Shown here: one piece after another, positions 38,048-47,996 of the stretch
Position numbering within the stretch: position 1 is the stretch's first letter
Layout of the letters: the number at the start of each line of letters is the position of its first letter
Assembly (NCBI GenBank): GCA_023511835.1
Contig: JAIMAT010000005.1
Location: forward strand, 2,049-66,048
Reading direction: 5' to 3'
Source of the DNA: Bacillota bacterium
GTDB lineage: Bacteria; Bacillota; Sulfobacillia; JAIMAT01
Length of the DNA: 64,000 nucleotides
Program-made: the position numbers and the translations under genes
The notes under the pieces: generated by a model
Databases searched by the model: none
What the model saw: only the letters and a program-made list of their open reading frames with translations
Told to the model about the DNA's origin: nothing

Positions 38048-38647
38048 CTACGCCACGAAGGCGATGGCCGAGCCGAGGCTGAGGAGGCTGAGCGCCACGA
38101 AGAAGACGCCCAGCACCCACTGCGCCACCTGCTGCGCCCGCGGGCTGACCAGGATCCCCCAGTCGATCCCGAAGAGCCAGAGGCCGTTGGCCAGGTGCCA
38201 GGTGGCCGAGAGGATGCCCACGACCCAGAAGGCGAAGGTCCACGGGTTGGAGAGCTCGGCCGCCACCTTGGCGAAGCTGGCGGACGGGCCCACGAAGCGC
38301 AGCGTCAGCACGTGGTAGACGATGAAGACGAAGACGATCACGCCGGTGGCGCGCTGCAGCGTGAAGTACCAGTTGCGGGCGAAGGGGTAGCGGTTGACGT
38401 TGTATTGCGCCGTCCGCATGATGACGAAACCGTAGATCGCGTGATAAAGGATCGGAAGAAAGATGAAGAGCGTCTCCACCACGATCAGAGCCGGCAGGCT
38501 TTCCAGCAGGCGCACCACCTGGTTGTAGGCCTTGGGTCCTGCCAGCGCCGCCGAGTTGGCCCAGAGGTGGAAGGTGAGGAAGACGCCGACGGGCACGACG
38601 CCACTGAGCGAATGGAGCCGGCTCCAGAAAAAGTGGCTGACGCGCAA
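38048..38647 (-). CDS. sdhC: Succinate dehydrogenase cytochrome b558 anchor (Bacillus-type, diheme)
   Basis: RLHSLSGVVP.G.FL.FHL, PILYHAIYG, QRATG, YHV, WHLANGLW. Confidence 0.93.
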   Translation of the reverse strand: MRVSHFFWSRLHSLSGVVPVGVFLTFHLWANSAALAGPKAYNQVVRLLESLPALIVVETLFIFLPILYHAIYGFVIMRTAQYNVNRYPFARNWYFTLQRATGVIVFVFIVYHVLTLRFVGPSASFAKVAAELSNPWTFAFWVVGILSATWHLANGLWLFGIDWGILVSPRAQQVAQWVLGVFFVALSLLSLGSAIAFVA

Positions 38648-38822
38648 TCGCCCTCTCTCCCTTCGCCGTGCGCCCGGTCCGGCCGCCGAGCGGCGGCTAG
38701 GATGCTCGACACGGCTAGAAGTATAGCACCCGCTCCCGGCCCCGGCCGGGGCGCGCCCGCCCGGGGCGGGCGGCGGAGGGGCGGCACGATTTGGCTAGAA
38801 TGGGCCCCGGGGAGGTCGCCCG

Positions 38823-40496
38823 TTGCTCGGCCGGCGCATCCGCCAGCTCGACCGTTTCCGTCAGGTGGCCCGGACGCTCGGCCGCTTCGGTTTCGGCTGG
38901 GTGCTGGGCCAGCTCGGCCTGGCCGGGCTGGCCCCGCTCACCCCGCTCCGCGGCCGGCCCGAGCTGGCCCGCCTGGGCCGCGCCGAGCGGCTCCGCCTCA
39001 TGCTGGAGGAGCTGGGGCCCACCTTCGTCAAGCTGGGCCAGCTGGCCTCCACCCGCGCCGACCTCCTGCCCCCCGACATCCTGGGCGAGCTCTCCAAACT
39101 CCAGGAGCAGGTGGCGCCCTTCCCCTTCGCCGAGGTGCGGCGGGCCGTGGAGGGCGAGCTCGGCCGGCCGCTGGCCGAGAGCTTCCGGACCTTCGACCCG
39201 GTTCCGGTGGCGGCGGCGAGCCTGGGCCAGGTCCACCACGCCGTCCTCCACGACGGCCGCGAGGTGGCGGTCAAGGTGCAGCGGCCGGGCGTGCGCGAGC
39301 AGGTGGGCGTCGACCTGGACCTCCTGCGCGAGCTGGCCGCCCTGGCCGACCGGCGGCTGCCGCGGCGGGGTCCGACCAGCTTCCTGGAGATCGCCGAGGA
39401 GCTGGGGCGGATGCTGGACCGCGAGCTGGACTACGCCCAGGAGGCGACGCACACGGCGCGCGTCGGCCGTTTCTTCGCCGGCTCCGGGGAGGTGGTCATC
39501 CCCGCCGTCGTCCGCGAGCTGAGCGGCAGCCGGCTCCTCACGCTCTCCTGGGTGGAGGGCGTCCACCTCAGCCGCTTCCTGGCCGGGCAGGAGCGGCTGG
39601 AGGCGCCGCAGGAGGTGGCGCGCCGCATCGCCACCTCCATGTTCGACCAGATCTTCAAGCTGGGGCTCTTCCACGCCGACCCCCATCCGGGCAACGTGCT
39701 GGTCCTGCCGGACGGGCGCATCGCCTACCTGGACTTCGGCATGGTGGGCCGCCTGGGCCCGGCGCGGCGGGAGCAGTTCTCGGAGCTGGCCGTGGCGCTG
39801 CTCGAGCGCGACGCGGCAGGCATCGTCCGCGCCATCCTGGAAATGGGCATCGCCCCCGACGACCTCGACCTGCCCCGCTTCGAGGAAGAGGTGGAGGAGG
39901 TCCGCGACCGCTTCTACGAGCGCCCCCTGCGCGAGATCCCCGTCGGCGAGGCGGTCCGCTCCATCCTGGGCCTGGCCTGGCGGCATCGCATCCGCATCCC
40001 CGGCGACTTCACGGTCCTGGGCAAGACGCTCATCACGCTGGAGGGCGTGGTGGAGCGCCTGGACCCGTCCGTCAGCGTGGTCGAGCTGGCCGAGCCGTAC
40101 GGCCGGCGGATCCTGCGCCAGCGGCTCGACCCGCGCCGCATCGCGCGGCGCGTGACGGAGGCGGCGGGCGAGGGCGCCCGCGAGCTGGGGGAGCTGCCCG
40201 GGGCTCTCCACGGCTTCTTCCGGCGCGCCGAGGCGGGGCGCCTCAGCCTGGAGGTGCGCAGCGCCCCGCTGGAGCGGACCGCGCGCAGCATCGAGCGCTC
40301 CTCGCGCCTCCTGGCGCAATCCCTCCTCCTCCTGGCGCTCAGCGTCCTCGCCGCCGGCCTGCTGGTGGCCGTCTCCCTGCAGGGGCCCCAGCCCCTCCTG
40401 CAGGCGCCGGGGTACGCGCGGGCCGCGCTGGCCGCGGGCGGCCTCCTCCTGGCGGTCCTGGCGGCCGAGGCGCTGCGCAGCCTGCGCGGCCGCTGA
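38823..40496 (+). CDS. ABC1/UbiB/AarF atypical kinase
   Basis: LEELGPTFVKLGQ..STR.DL, AASLGQVH, VAVKVQRP, ELDY, FHADPHPGN, LDFGMVG. Confidence 0.92.
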   Translation: MLGRRIRQLDRFRQVARTLGRFGFGWVLGQLGLAGLAPLTPLRGRPELARLGRAERLRLMLEELGPTFVKLGQLASTRADLLPPDILGELSKLQEQVAPFPFAEVRRAVEGELGRPLAESFRTFDPVPVAAASLGQVHHAVLHDGREVAVKVQRPGVREQVGVDLDLLRELAALADRRLPRRGPTSFLEIAEELGRMLDRELDYAQEATHTARVGRFFAGSGEVVIPAVVRELSGSRLLTLSWVEGVHLSRFLAGQERLEAPQEVARRIATSMFDQIFKLGLFHADPHPGNVLVLPDGRIAYLDFGMVGRLGPARREQFSELAVALLERDAAGIVRAILEMGIAPDDLDLPRFEEEVEEVRDRFYERPLREIPVGEAVRSILGLAWRHRIRIPGDFTVLGKTLITLEGVVERLDPSVSVVELAEPYGRRILRQRLDPRRIARRVTEAAGEGARELGELPGALHGFFRRAEAGRLSLEVRSAPLERTARSIERSSRLLAQSLLLLALSVLAAGLLVAVSLQGPQPLLQAPGYARAALAAGGLLLAVLAAEALRSLRGR

Positions 40497-40529
40497 ACGA
40501 GGGCCGGCCGGGCGCGGGAGGCCGGTGCC

Positions 40530-40558
40530 TTGACGGCCCGGCGCGCGCCCGGGATAGT
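40530..40558 (+). promoter_or_regulatory. Putative sigma-A promoter for the MTase-ychF-like-hutP-like operon
   Basis: TTGACG-N17-GATAGT. Confidence 0.55.
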
Positions 40559-40595
40559 GACAGCGGGCCGAGGCGGGGCCCGCGGAGGTGCAGCC

Positions 40596-41387
40596 GTGAG
40601 GGCCTACAGCTTCTTCGCCCGGCTCTACGACCGGGTGATGCAGGCGATCCCCTACGCCGAGTGGATCGAGTACGTGCAGGCCATCCTGGAGCGCTTCCAG
40701 GTGGCGCCGCGCTCCGTGGCCGACCTGGCCTGCGGCACCGGCAACACCACCCTGCCCTGGGCGCGCATGGGCTACCGGGTCTACGGCGTCGACCGCTCGC
40801 CGGAGATGCTGGAGGTGGCGCGCCGCAAGGCCGAGGCGGAGGGGCTCCGGGTGACCTGGCTGGAGGCGGATCTGCGCGCCTTCCGCCTGCCCGAGCCGGT
40901 GGACCTGGCCACCTGCCTCTACGACAGCCTCAACTACCTGGAGGACGAGGAGGCGCTGGAGGCCGCCTTCCGCGCAGCCTACCGCAACCTGCGGCCGGGG
41001 GGCCTGCTGGTGATGGACATGAACACCGAGTACAAGCTCCTGCACGTCGAGCCGGAGACGGAGTACTACCGCTCGCAGGACGGGGAGGAGGAGTGGCACC
41101 TGATCTGGGAGCACGGGACGAACATGGCGGAGCAGGTCTGGGAGGTGCGGCTGACCGGCTTCCTCCCCAGGGCCGGCCACCCCGGCTGCTACGAGCGCTT
41201 CGAGGAAGTCCACCGCGAGCGCGGCTACCCCGTCCGGGAGGTGGAGGCGCGGCTCGGGCGGGCGGGCTTCGAGCTCCTGGCCACCTACGACGCCTACACC
41301 TTCGATCCGCCGGTGCCGGTCTCCGACCGCCTCTTCTGGGTCGCCCGGCGCCCGCTGGGCGGCCGCCGGCCGGCGGGGAGGGCCTAG
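40596..41387 (+). CDS. Class I SAM-dependent methyltransferase (YqeM-like)
   Basis: YSFFARLYD..M..IPY..W, DLACGTG, GVDRSPEML, DSLNYL, LRPGGLLVMD; GTG after GGAGG. Confidence 0.9.
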   Translation: MRAYSFFARLYDRVMQAIPYAEWIEYVQAILERFQVAPRSVADLACGTGNTTLPWARMGYRVYGVDRSPEMLEVARRKAEAEGLRVTWLEADLRAFRLPEPVDLATCLYDSLNYLEDEEALEAAFRAAYRNLRPGGLLVMDMNTEYKLLHVEPETEYYRSQDGEEEWHLIWEHGTNMAEQVWEVRLTGFLPRAGHPGCYERFEEVHRERGYPVREVEARLGRAGFELLATYDAYTFDPPVPVSDRLFWVARRPLGGRRPAGRA

Positions 41388-41388
41388 C

Positions 41389-42471
41389 GTGCAGATCGGC
41401 ATCATCGGCCTGCCGCTCTCGGGCAAGAGCACGCTCTTCCGCCTCCTCACCGGCGGGCGCGCGGAGTCGGCGCACCCGGGCGGGCGCGCGGACGTCCGCA
41501 CCGGCGTCGCCCAGGTGCCGGATCCGCGCCTGGACTTCCTGGCGACTCTCTACCACCCGAGGAAGGTGACGCCCGCCACCATCCAGCTGACCGAGACGGC
41601 CGGCTTCCTGCCCGGGCAGGGCGACCGCGCCAGGACCAACGAGTTCCTCAACGCGGTCCGCACCTCGGACGCCCTGATCCACGTGGTGCGCACCTTCGAG
41701 AGCGCCGAGCTGCCCCACCCGCGGGGGCGCGTCGACCCGCTGGCCGACGTGCGCGACCTGGACCAGGAGCTCCTCCTGGCCGACCTGGCGGTGGCGGAGA
41801 GCGCGGCCGGCAGGCTCCGCCAGGCGAGACGCCGCGGCCCGGAGGAGGAGGCGACGCTGGCGCTCCTGGAGCGCGTCCAGGAGGCGCTGGGCGAGGAGAT
41901 CCCGGTCCACGACCTGGGGCTGGACGAGGAGGAGATGCGCCTCCTCCGGAACTACGCCTTCGTCACCGCCCGACCGCTCCTGGTGGCGCTCAACCTCTCG
42001 GAGGAGCAGTGGAGCGCGCGCGACTACCCGGGGCGGGCGGAGCTGGAGGACTACGCCCGGCAGCACGGGGAGCGGACGGTCACCTTCTGCGCCCGGGTGG
42101 AGCTGGAGGTGGCGGAGATGGAGACGGCGGACCGCGAGGAGTTCATGCGCGCCTACGGCATCGAAGAGACCGGCATCGTGCGCATCGCCAAGGCCGCCTA
42201 CGCCTCGCTCGGCCTCGTCTCCTTCCTCACCGCCGGCGAGGACGAGGTGCGCGCCTGGCCCGTGCCGAGGGGGACGACGGCCAGGCGGGCGGCGGGGAAG
42301 ATCCACTCCGACCTGGAGCGCGGCTTCATCCGCGCGGAGGTGGTCGCCTTCGACGACCTGGCCCGGCTGGGCTCCATGAAGGCCGTCCGCGAGGCGGGAC
42401 TGCTCCGCCTGGAGGGGAAGGATTACGTGGTCCAGGACGGCGACATCCTCACCGTCCGTTTCAACGTCTAG
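41389..42471 (+). CDS. YchF/Ola1-like Obg-family ATPase (DUF933/TGS domain), divergent paralog
   Basis: IGIIGLPLSGKST, VPDPRL, ETAG, NLSE, SFLTAGEDEVRAW, AGKIHSDLERGFIRAEV, GKDYVVQDGD. Confidence 0.88.
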   Translation: MQIGIIGLPLSGKSTLFRLLTGGRAESAHPGGRADVRTGVAQVPDPRLDFLATLYHPRKVTPATIQLTETAGFLPGQGDRARTNEFLNAVRTSDALIHVVRTFESAELPHPRGRVDPLADVRDLDQELLLADLAVAESAAGRLRQARRRGPEEEATLALLERVQEALGEEIPVHDLGLDEEEMRLLRNYAFVTARPLLVALNLSEEQWSARDYPGRAELEDYARQHGERTVTFCARVELEVAEMETADREEFMRAYGIEETGIVRIAKAAYASLGLVSFLTAGEDEVRAWPVPRGTTARRAAGKIHSDLERGFIRAEVVAFDDLARLGSMKAVREAGLLRLEGKDYVVQDGDILTVRFNV

Positions 42472-42500
42472 CCGCCCCGGCGGCGCCGGGAGGTGGGGGT

Positions 42501-42914
42501 GTGCCCGACAACCTCAGCGTCGGACGAGCCGCGGTGCGCATGGCCATCTCGCTCTCACGCGAGGAGGAGGCGCGCCTCAAGGAGGAGCTGCGCGGCGAGG
42601 GCATCGCCGCCGCGGCGGTCGACCTGGGCGGCGACTTCGTCTCGAGCCTCGGCAAGATGGTGGAGCGGGCCATCGTCGCCGCCCGGCGGGAGGGCGTCAT
42701 CCGCCCCATCCACGCCCACGAGGGGGCGGTGGCGGGCGCGGCGCGCGAAGCACTGGGCATCGTGGGCCAGCGGGCGCTGGGCTTCAACATCGGCGGCAAG
42801 CTGGGCGTCGCCCGCGGCGGCGGCCACCTGGCGGTGGCCGTCTTCGCCGGCGTCGGCCTGGTCTACCTGGACGACGTGGCGCTGGGGCTGGCCCACCGGG
42901 CCGTCCCCGAGTAG
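42501..42914 (+). CDS. HutP-family RNA-binding antiterminator-like protein
   Basis: VGRAAVRMAIS.SREEE, K.VERAIVAARREGVI...HAHEGAV.GA.REAL, GKLGVAR...HLAVA; GTG after GGAGGTG. Confidence 0.82.
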   Translation: MPDNLSVGRAAVRMAISLSREEEARLKEELRGEGIAAAAVDLGGDFVSSLGKMVERAIVAARREGVIRPIHAHEGAVAGAAREALGIVGQRALGFNIGGKLGVARGGGHLAVAVFAGVGLVYLDDVALGLAHRAVPE

Positions 42915-42928
42915 GCGCGCGGCCGGCC

Positions 42929-43999
42929 TCAGCGGCCGGCCGGCCCCTGGGGGGCGCCGCGGGGCGGCTTCCGGCCGTAAAGCCGCCCGTCCACCAGCGC
43001 CAGCAGCTCCTCGGCCGACATGCCGCCGCGGCTCTCGGCCAAGCCGAAGGTGAAGCCCAGCGAGGGCAGAGGGCGGTGGCGCGGGGCGGCCGCTTTCGCC
43101 TCCGCCGCGCCCGCCGCGGCGCGGGCCGCCGGCCGCTCCAGGCGGGCCAGCTCGGCGTTGGCCGCCTGGGCCATGCGCGCCGCCACCCGCTCGGCGACGG
43201 CGCGCGCGGTCGCCTCGTCGGTCTCCGGCAGGAGGAGGGCGAACTCGTCCCCGCCGTAGCGGGCGGGCAGGTCGGAGAGGCGGACCGCGTGGAGCATGGC
43301 GCGCGCCGCGGCGGCCAGGACGCGGTCGCCGGCGGGGTGGCCGAGGCGGTCGTTCACCTGCTTGAAGGCGTCGGCGTCGAAGAGGACCAGCGAGGTGGGG
43401 CGGCCGCTGCGGGCGCTCCGCTCCAGCTCCTGGCGGAGGCGCTGGAAGAACTGGCGGCGGTTGGCGAGGCCGGTCAGCTCGTCGGTCAGCGCCGAGGCGG
43501 CCAGCGCCTCCTGGAGGCGCCGGCGCTCGTCGCTCAGCCGGCCCAGCGCCCAGCCCGTGAGGAGCAGGGCCAGCGCCAGGCTGGCGTCCAGCGGCAGGAG
43601 GGCGGTCCGGTGCGCGGCCGCGTCCACGCCCACCACCAGCACCGCCGGCAGCAGGCCCAGCGCCACCGCCCGGCGCCGGCCCAGCGCGGTGGCGTAGAAG
43701 ACGAAGGCGAAGAGGTAGCCCGACTGGAAGAAGGGGACCGGGACCACCGCCTGGGCGGCGGCGGCCGTGCCGAAGTCCAGGACGGCGGAGACGGCCAGCC
43801 AGGCGCCCAGGTGGGCCCGGCGCAGGCGGGGCACCGAGAGCAGGACGGCCAGGGAGTAGGCGACGGCGAAGAGGGCCAGCCAGGCCGTCTCGCGGCTGCG
43901 CGCGGCCGGCACCATGACCACCAGGAGGCCCAGGCTGCCGATCCAGACGGCCAGCCGGGCCAGCGAGGTGGTCCGGCTCGTCTGGCGATCCCCCACCAC
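42929..43999 (-). CDS. Membrane-bound diguanylate cyclase (GGDEF)
   Basis: About 5 TM helices, DELTGLANRR, D.DAFKQVND..GH..GD, RLSD I-site then YGGDEF, TFGLA. Confidence 0.9.
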   Translation of the reverse strand: MVGDRQTSRTTSLARLAVWIGSLGLLVVMVPAARSRETAWLALFAVAYSLAVLLSVPRLRRAHLGAWLAVSAVLDFGTAAAAQAVVPVPFFQSGYLFAFVFYATALGRRRAVALGLLPAVLVVGVDAAAHRTALLPLDASLALALLLTGWALGRLSDERRRLQEALAASALTDELTGLANRRQFFQRLRQELERSARSGRPTSLVLFDADAFKQVNDRLGHPAGDRVLAAAARAMLHAVRLSDLPARYGGDEFALLLPETDEATARAVAERVAARMAQAANAELARLERPAARAAAGAAEAKAAAPRHRPLPSLGFTFGLAESRGGMSAEELLALVDGRLYGRKPPRGAPQGPAGR

Positions 44000-44199
44000 G
44001 GCCACCCCTCCGGGCGCGAAAGCTTTCCACCGCGGGAAGCGACTTCCTTCCCGCGGGGAGTCCCGAGCCCGCCCCGGCGCCTCGGCGCCGGCGGCCTCTT
44101 GCCGCACCCAGCGGCCTGTGGTAAAGTCCTGCGCAAATCCGGCCGCCCCGGGCGGGCGGAGCGCAAGACGGGAAGACGGTAGGGTACCGGGAGGTCCTC

Positions 44200-44667
44200 G
44201 TGGGCAAGACGGCAGGATGGTCCTCCTCGCCGCCGGGTGACTGGCGGCTCCCCAGGACACGTGCCCGCACGGCCCTGCGCGGCGTGCGCGGCGCCACCAC
44301 GGCGGAGGACGACACGGCCGACGCCATTCGGCGGGCGACCCAGGAGCTCCTCGAGGAGCTGGTGCGGCGGAACGGCCTGCGGCCCGAGGAGCTGGCCGCG
44401 GTCTTCTTCACCCTCACCCCCGACCTGACCGCCTTCTACCCCTCCCAGGCGGCGCGCGAGCTGGGCTGGCGGCTGGTGCCGCTGCTCGACCTGGGCCAGG
44501 CCCCCGGCCCGCGGCCCGTGGCGCGCTGCATCCGGGTGCTGGCGCTCTGGAACACCACGCGGCGGCCGGAGGAGATCCGACACGTCTATCTGCGCGGGGC
44601 GGCGGGCCTGCGGCCCGACCTGGCCGCCGGCGAGGCGGGGGAGGCGGAGCCACCTTGGTCATCGTGA
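44200..44667 (+). CDS. aroH: Chorismate mutase, AroH class
   Basis: [16 protein letters not shown]...[29 protein letters not shown]. Confidence 0.92.
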   Translation: MGKTAGWSSSPPGDWRLPRTRARTALRGVRGATTAEDDTADAIRRATQELLEELVRRNGLRPEELAAVFFTLTPDLTAFYPSQAARELGWRLVPLLDLGQAPGPRPVARCIRVLALWNTTRRPEEIRHVYLRGAAGLRPDLAAGEAGEAEPPWSS

Positions 44668-45719
44668 TGCGCGAGGGTGCGGCGGCGAGCGAGGTCGAGC
44701 GGGTGGTGCGGGCGGTGGAGGAGCTGGGCCTGCGCCCGCACCGCTCCGACGGCGAGCTGCGCTCGGTGGTGGGCGTCATCGGCGACGTCAGCCGCGTCTC
44801 CGAGGAGCACTTCCTGGCGATGCCGGGCGTGGAGCGGGTGGTGCGGCTGGAGCAGCCGTACAAGCTGGCGAGCCGCGCCTTCCGCCCCGAGGGCTCGCGC
44901 GTCTGGGCGGGGCCGGTGGAAGTGGGGGGCCCCGGGATCGTGGTCATGGCCGGCCCCTGCAGCGTGGAGAGCCGCGAGCAGCTGCTGGAGGCGGCCCAGG
45001 CGGTGCGCGCGGCCGGCGCCGCCGTCCTGCGCGGCGGCGCCTTCAAGCCGCGCACCTCGCCCTACACCTTCCAGGGACTGGGAGCGGAGGGGCTCCGCCT
45101 CCTGGCCGAGGCCCGGCAGCGCACCGGCCTGCCCGTGGTGACCGAGGTGATGGCGCCCCAGGAAGTGGAGCTGGTGGCGGAGTACGCCGACGTGCTCCAG
45201 GTGGGCACGCGCAACATGCAGAATTTCCCGCTGCTCCGGGAGCTGGGGCGTGCCGGCAAGCCGGTCCTCCTCAAGCGCGGCATGTCGGCCACCGTGGAGG
45301 AGTGGCTCCTGGCGGCCGAGTACGTCCTCAGCCACGGTAACCCCGACGTCATCCTCTGCGAGCGGGGCATCCGCACCTTCGAGCCGGCGACGCGGAACAC
45401 GCTGGACCTGGGGGTGGTGCCGCTGGTCAAGCGGTTGAGCCACCTGCCCGTGGTGGTCGACCCCAGCCACGCCACCGGCCTCTGGGAGCTGGTGACGCCC
45501 ATGGCACTGGCCGCCGTGGCGGCGGGCGCCGACGGCCTGCTCATCGAGGTCCACCCCGACCCCAGCCGGGCGCTCTCGGACGGCCGCCAGTCGCTGCGGC
45601 CGGACCGGCTGGCGCGCCTGGTGGAACAGGCCGAGGCGGTGGCCCAGGCGGTGGGGCGCTGGATCCTCCGCCCGGAGCAGGCGGAGCTGCCCAGGCGGGC
45701 GGCGGCGGCCGGACGGTAG
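44655..45719 (+). CDS. aroF: DAHP synthase type I-beta with N-terminal ferredoxin-like regulatory domain
   Basis: [61 protein letters not shown]. Confidence 0.95.
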   Translation: MVIVMREGAAASEVERVVRAVEELGLRPHRSDGELRSVVGVIGDVSRVSEEHFLAMPGVERVVRLEQPYKLASRAFRPEGSRVWAGPVEVGGPGIVVMAGPCSVESREQLLEAAQAVRAAGAAVLRGGAFKPRTSPYTFQGLGAEGLRLLAEARQRTGLPVVTEVMAPQEVELVAEYADVLQVGTRNMQNFPLLRELGRAGKPVLLKRGMSATVEEWLLAAEYVLSHGNPDVILCERGIRTFEPATRNTLDLGVVPLVKRLSHLPVVVDPSHATGLWELVTPMALAAVAAGADGLLIEVHPDPSRALSDGRQSLRPDRLARLVEQAEAVAQAVGRWILRPEQAELPRRAAAAGR

Positions 45720-45735
45720 GGGAGGGGAGCCCGCC

Positions 45736-46671
45736 GTGCGTGAGCGGGCGGTGGCCATCTTCGGCCTGGGCCTGATCGGGGCCTCCGTCGGCCTCGGCCT
45801 GGCGGGGCGGCTGCGGCGGCTGGGCGCCGATCCCGACCCCGAGGCGCGCCGCGTGGCGGAGGCGACGGGCGCGGTGGAGGCGGCCCACGAGGCGCCGGGC
45901 CCCTGGCTGGGCGAGGCCTCGCTGGTCGTCCTGGCCGCGCCGCCCGGGGCGCTGCCTGCCCTGGCGGCCGCCGTGGCGCCGTGGCTCGCCCCGGACGCCG
46001 TCGTCACCGATGTGGCCGGCGCCAAGGGCCGTGTGGCCGCGGCGCTGGAGCCGCTTCTGCCCGCGGGGCGTTACGTGCCCGGCCACCCCATGGCGGGCAG
46101 CGAACGGACGGGCGCGCGCTGGGCCGATCCCGCCCTCTTCCGCGGCGCGGTCTGGTTCTTCTGCCCGCCACCGGCCGCCTCCGCCGCCGGCACCCCCACC
46201 GCGGCATGGGAGGCGGCGTACGCGCGCGCCGCCCGGCTCGCGGAGAGCCTGGGCGCCCGCCCCCTCCGGCTGCCGGCGGCGCTCCACGACCGCTGGGTGG
46301 CGCGCACCAGCCACCTGCCCTACCTGGTGGCGGCGGCGCTGGCGGCCGCGGCCGGCGTGGAGGAGTCGCAGGGCATCGCCCAGGCGGTGGCGGGCGGCTT
46401 CCGCGACGGCACGCGGGTGGCGGCGATGAACCCGGAGGTGGGCGCCGGCATGTGCCTGGCCAACCGGGAGGAGCTCCTGGCCGCGCTGGGCGCCTTCCGC
46501 CGGGCGCTGGATGCGCTGGAGGAGGCGCTCGGCGAGGGACGGGAGGAGCGGCTGGTCGGCCTCCTGGCGCGGGCCCGGGCCGCCCGCGCCGCCCTGCTCG
46601 AGGCGGCGGAGGCGGCGACGGATGGGGAGCCCGCGCCGGCGGGGCCCTCCGCGGGGAGGGATGGCGACTGA
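45736..46671 (+). CDS. tyrA: Prephenate dehydrogenase
   Basis: GLGLIGAS, TDVAGAK, PGHPMAGSE, HD..VARTSHLP, GGFRDGTRVA. Confidence 0.88.
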   Translation: MRERAVAIFGLGLIGASVGLGLAGRLRRLGADPDPEARRVAEATGAVEAAHEAPGPWLGEASLVVLAAPPGALPALAAAVAPWLAPDAVVTDVAGAKGRVAAALEPLLPAGRYVPGHPMAGSERTGARWADPALFRGAVWFFCPPPAASAAGTPTAAWEAAYARAARLAESLGARPLRLPAALHDRWVARTSHLPYLVAAALAAAAGVEESQGIAQAVAGGFRDGTRVAAMNPEVGAGMCLANREELLAALGAFRRALDALEEALGEGREERLVGLLARARAARAALLEAAEAATDGEPAPAGPSAGRDGD

Positions 46672-47996
46672 AGCTGCGCCTGGAGGCGAGAAGGCGACCG
46701 CTCGAAGGAAGTTTCCGTCCGCCCGGCGACAAGTCCGTCTCGCACCGCGCCGCGCTCCTGGCCGGCGCGGCGCGCGGACGCTCGTGCCTGCGCGGCCTGG
46801 CGCCGGGCGCCGACGTGGCCTCGACACTCCGCGCGCTGGAGGCTCTGGGCGTCCGCCTGGAACGCCGCCCGGAGCGGGGCGGGGAGACGGTGGTGGAGAG
46901 CCCGGGGCTCGACGCCTGGGCGGAGCCGGCCGACGTGGTCGACTGCGGCAACTCCGGCACCACCATCCGCCTCCTGGCCGGGCTCCTGGCCGCTCGGCCG
47001 GGGCTGGCGGTGCTGACCGGCGACACCTCGCTGCGCCGCCGGCCCATGGACCGGGTGGCCGAGCCGCTCCGCGCCATGGGCGCCTCCGTGGACGGGCGTG
47101 AAGGCGGCCGCTACGCCCCCCTGGTGGTGCGCGGCGGGCCGCTCCGCCCCCTGGCCTGGCGGAGCCCGGTGGCCAGCGCCCAGGTCAAGTCGGCCATCCT
47201 CCTGGCCGCCCTGCGCGCGCCCGGCGAGACCGCCGTCTGGGAGCCGGTGCCCAGCCGCGACCATACGGAGCGCCTCTACGCCTGGCTGGGGCTGCCGATC
47301 CGCACCGGGGGGAGCGGCGGAGAGGAGCCGGCGGGCGGTCCGCCTCCCGTCCGGCTGGCCGGCCCCGCCAGCCCGCCCCCCTTCGCTCTGGAGGTTCCGG
47401 GCGACCCCTCGGGCGCCTTCCCCTACGCTGTCCAGGCGGCGCTGACGCCCGGCTCGGAGCTGGAGATCGAGGGCGTGCTGCTCAACCCGCTCCGCCTGGG
47501 GGGCTACCGGCTGCTGGAGCGCATGGGCGCCCGCCTCGAGCTCGTCCGCGAGGGCGAGGCGGGCGGCGAGCCCGTGGGCCGCATCCGCGTACGGGCCTCG
47601 GCGCTCGGGGCCATCGAAGTACGGCCGGAGGAGGTGCCGGCGGCGGTGGACGAGCTGCCGCTCCTGGCCGTGGCCGCCTGCGCGGCCGAGGGCGAGAGCC
47701 GCTTCCTGGGGCTGGGCGAGCTGCGCGTCAAGGAGAGCGACCGGCTCCACGCCATGGCCGCCGGCCTGCGCGCCATGGGCCTTCCGGTGGAGGAGGAGGG
47801 GGACGGCTGGCGGGTGCGGGGGCCGGCACGGGGGCACGGCGCCGCCCTGGAGAGCGCGGGCGACCACCGGGTTGCCATGGCGCTGGCGGTGGCCGCCTGG
47901 ACGCTGCTCGCCCCGGGCGAGGTGGCGGAGCTGGAGGGCGCGGAGAGCGTGGCCATCTCCGACCCCGATTTCTTCCGGCGGGCGGGCGTCGCCTGA
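46668..47996 (+). CDS. aroA: EPSP synthase, predicted CTG start overlapping the tyrA stop (CTGA)
   Basis: PGDKSVSHRA, DCGNSGTTIRL, SLRRRPM, SAQVKSA, RDHTER, VPGDPS, DELP, ELRVKESDR, DHRVAMA. Confidence 0.93.
   Translation: MKLRLEARRRPLEGSFRPPGDKSVSHRAALLAGAARGRSCLRGLAPGADVASTLRALEALGVRLERRPERGGETVVESPGLDAWAEPADVVDCGNSGTTIRLLAGLLAARPGLAVLTGDTSLRRRPMDRVAEPLRAMGASVDGREGGRYAPLVVRGGPLRPLAWRSPVASAQVKSAILLAALRAPGETAVWEPVPSRDHTERLYAWLGLPIRTGGSGGEEPAGGPPPVRLAGPASPPPFALEVPGDPSGAFPYAVQAALTPGSELEIEGVLLNPLRLGGYRLLERMGARLELVREGEAGGEPVGRIRVRASALGAIEVRPEEVPAAVDELPLLAVAACAAEGESRFLGLGELRVKESDRLHAMAAGLRAMGLPVEEEGDGWRVRGPARGHGAALESAGDHRVAMALAVAAWTLLAPGEVAELEGAESVAISDPDFFRRAGVA

Noticed and set aside
44160-44200. 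T-box-like GGTAGGGTACCGGG before aroH
   Set aside because: Only a partial match, immediately next to the RBS, with no specifier loop or terminator/antiterminator.
46661-46663. ATG right after GGGAGGG as an alternative aroA start
   Set aside because: Wrong frame for aroA and zero SD spacing; CTG 46668 fits better.
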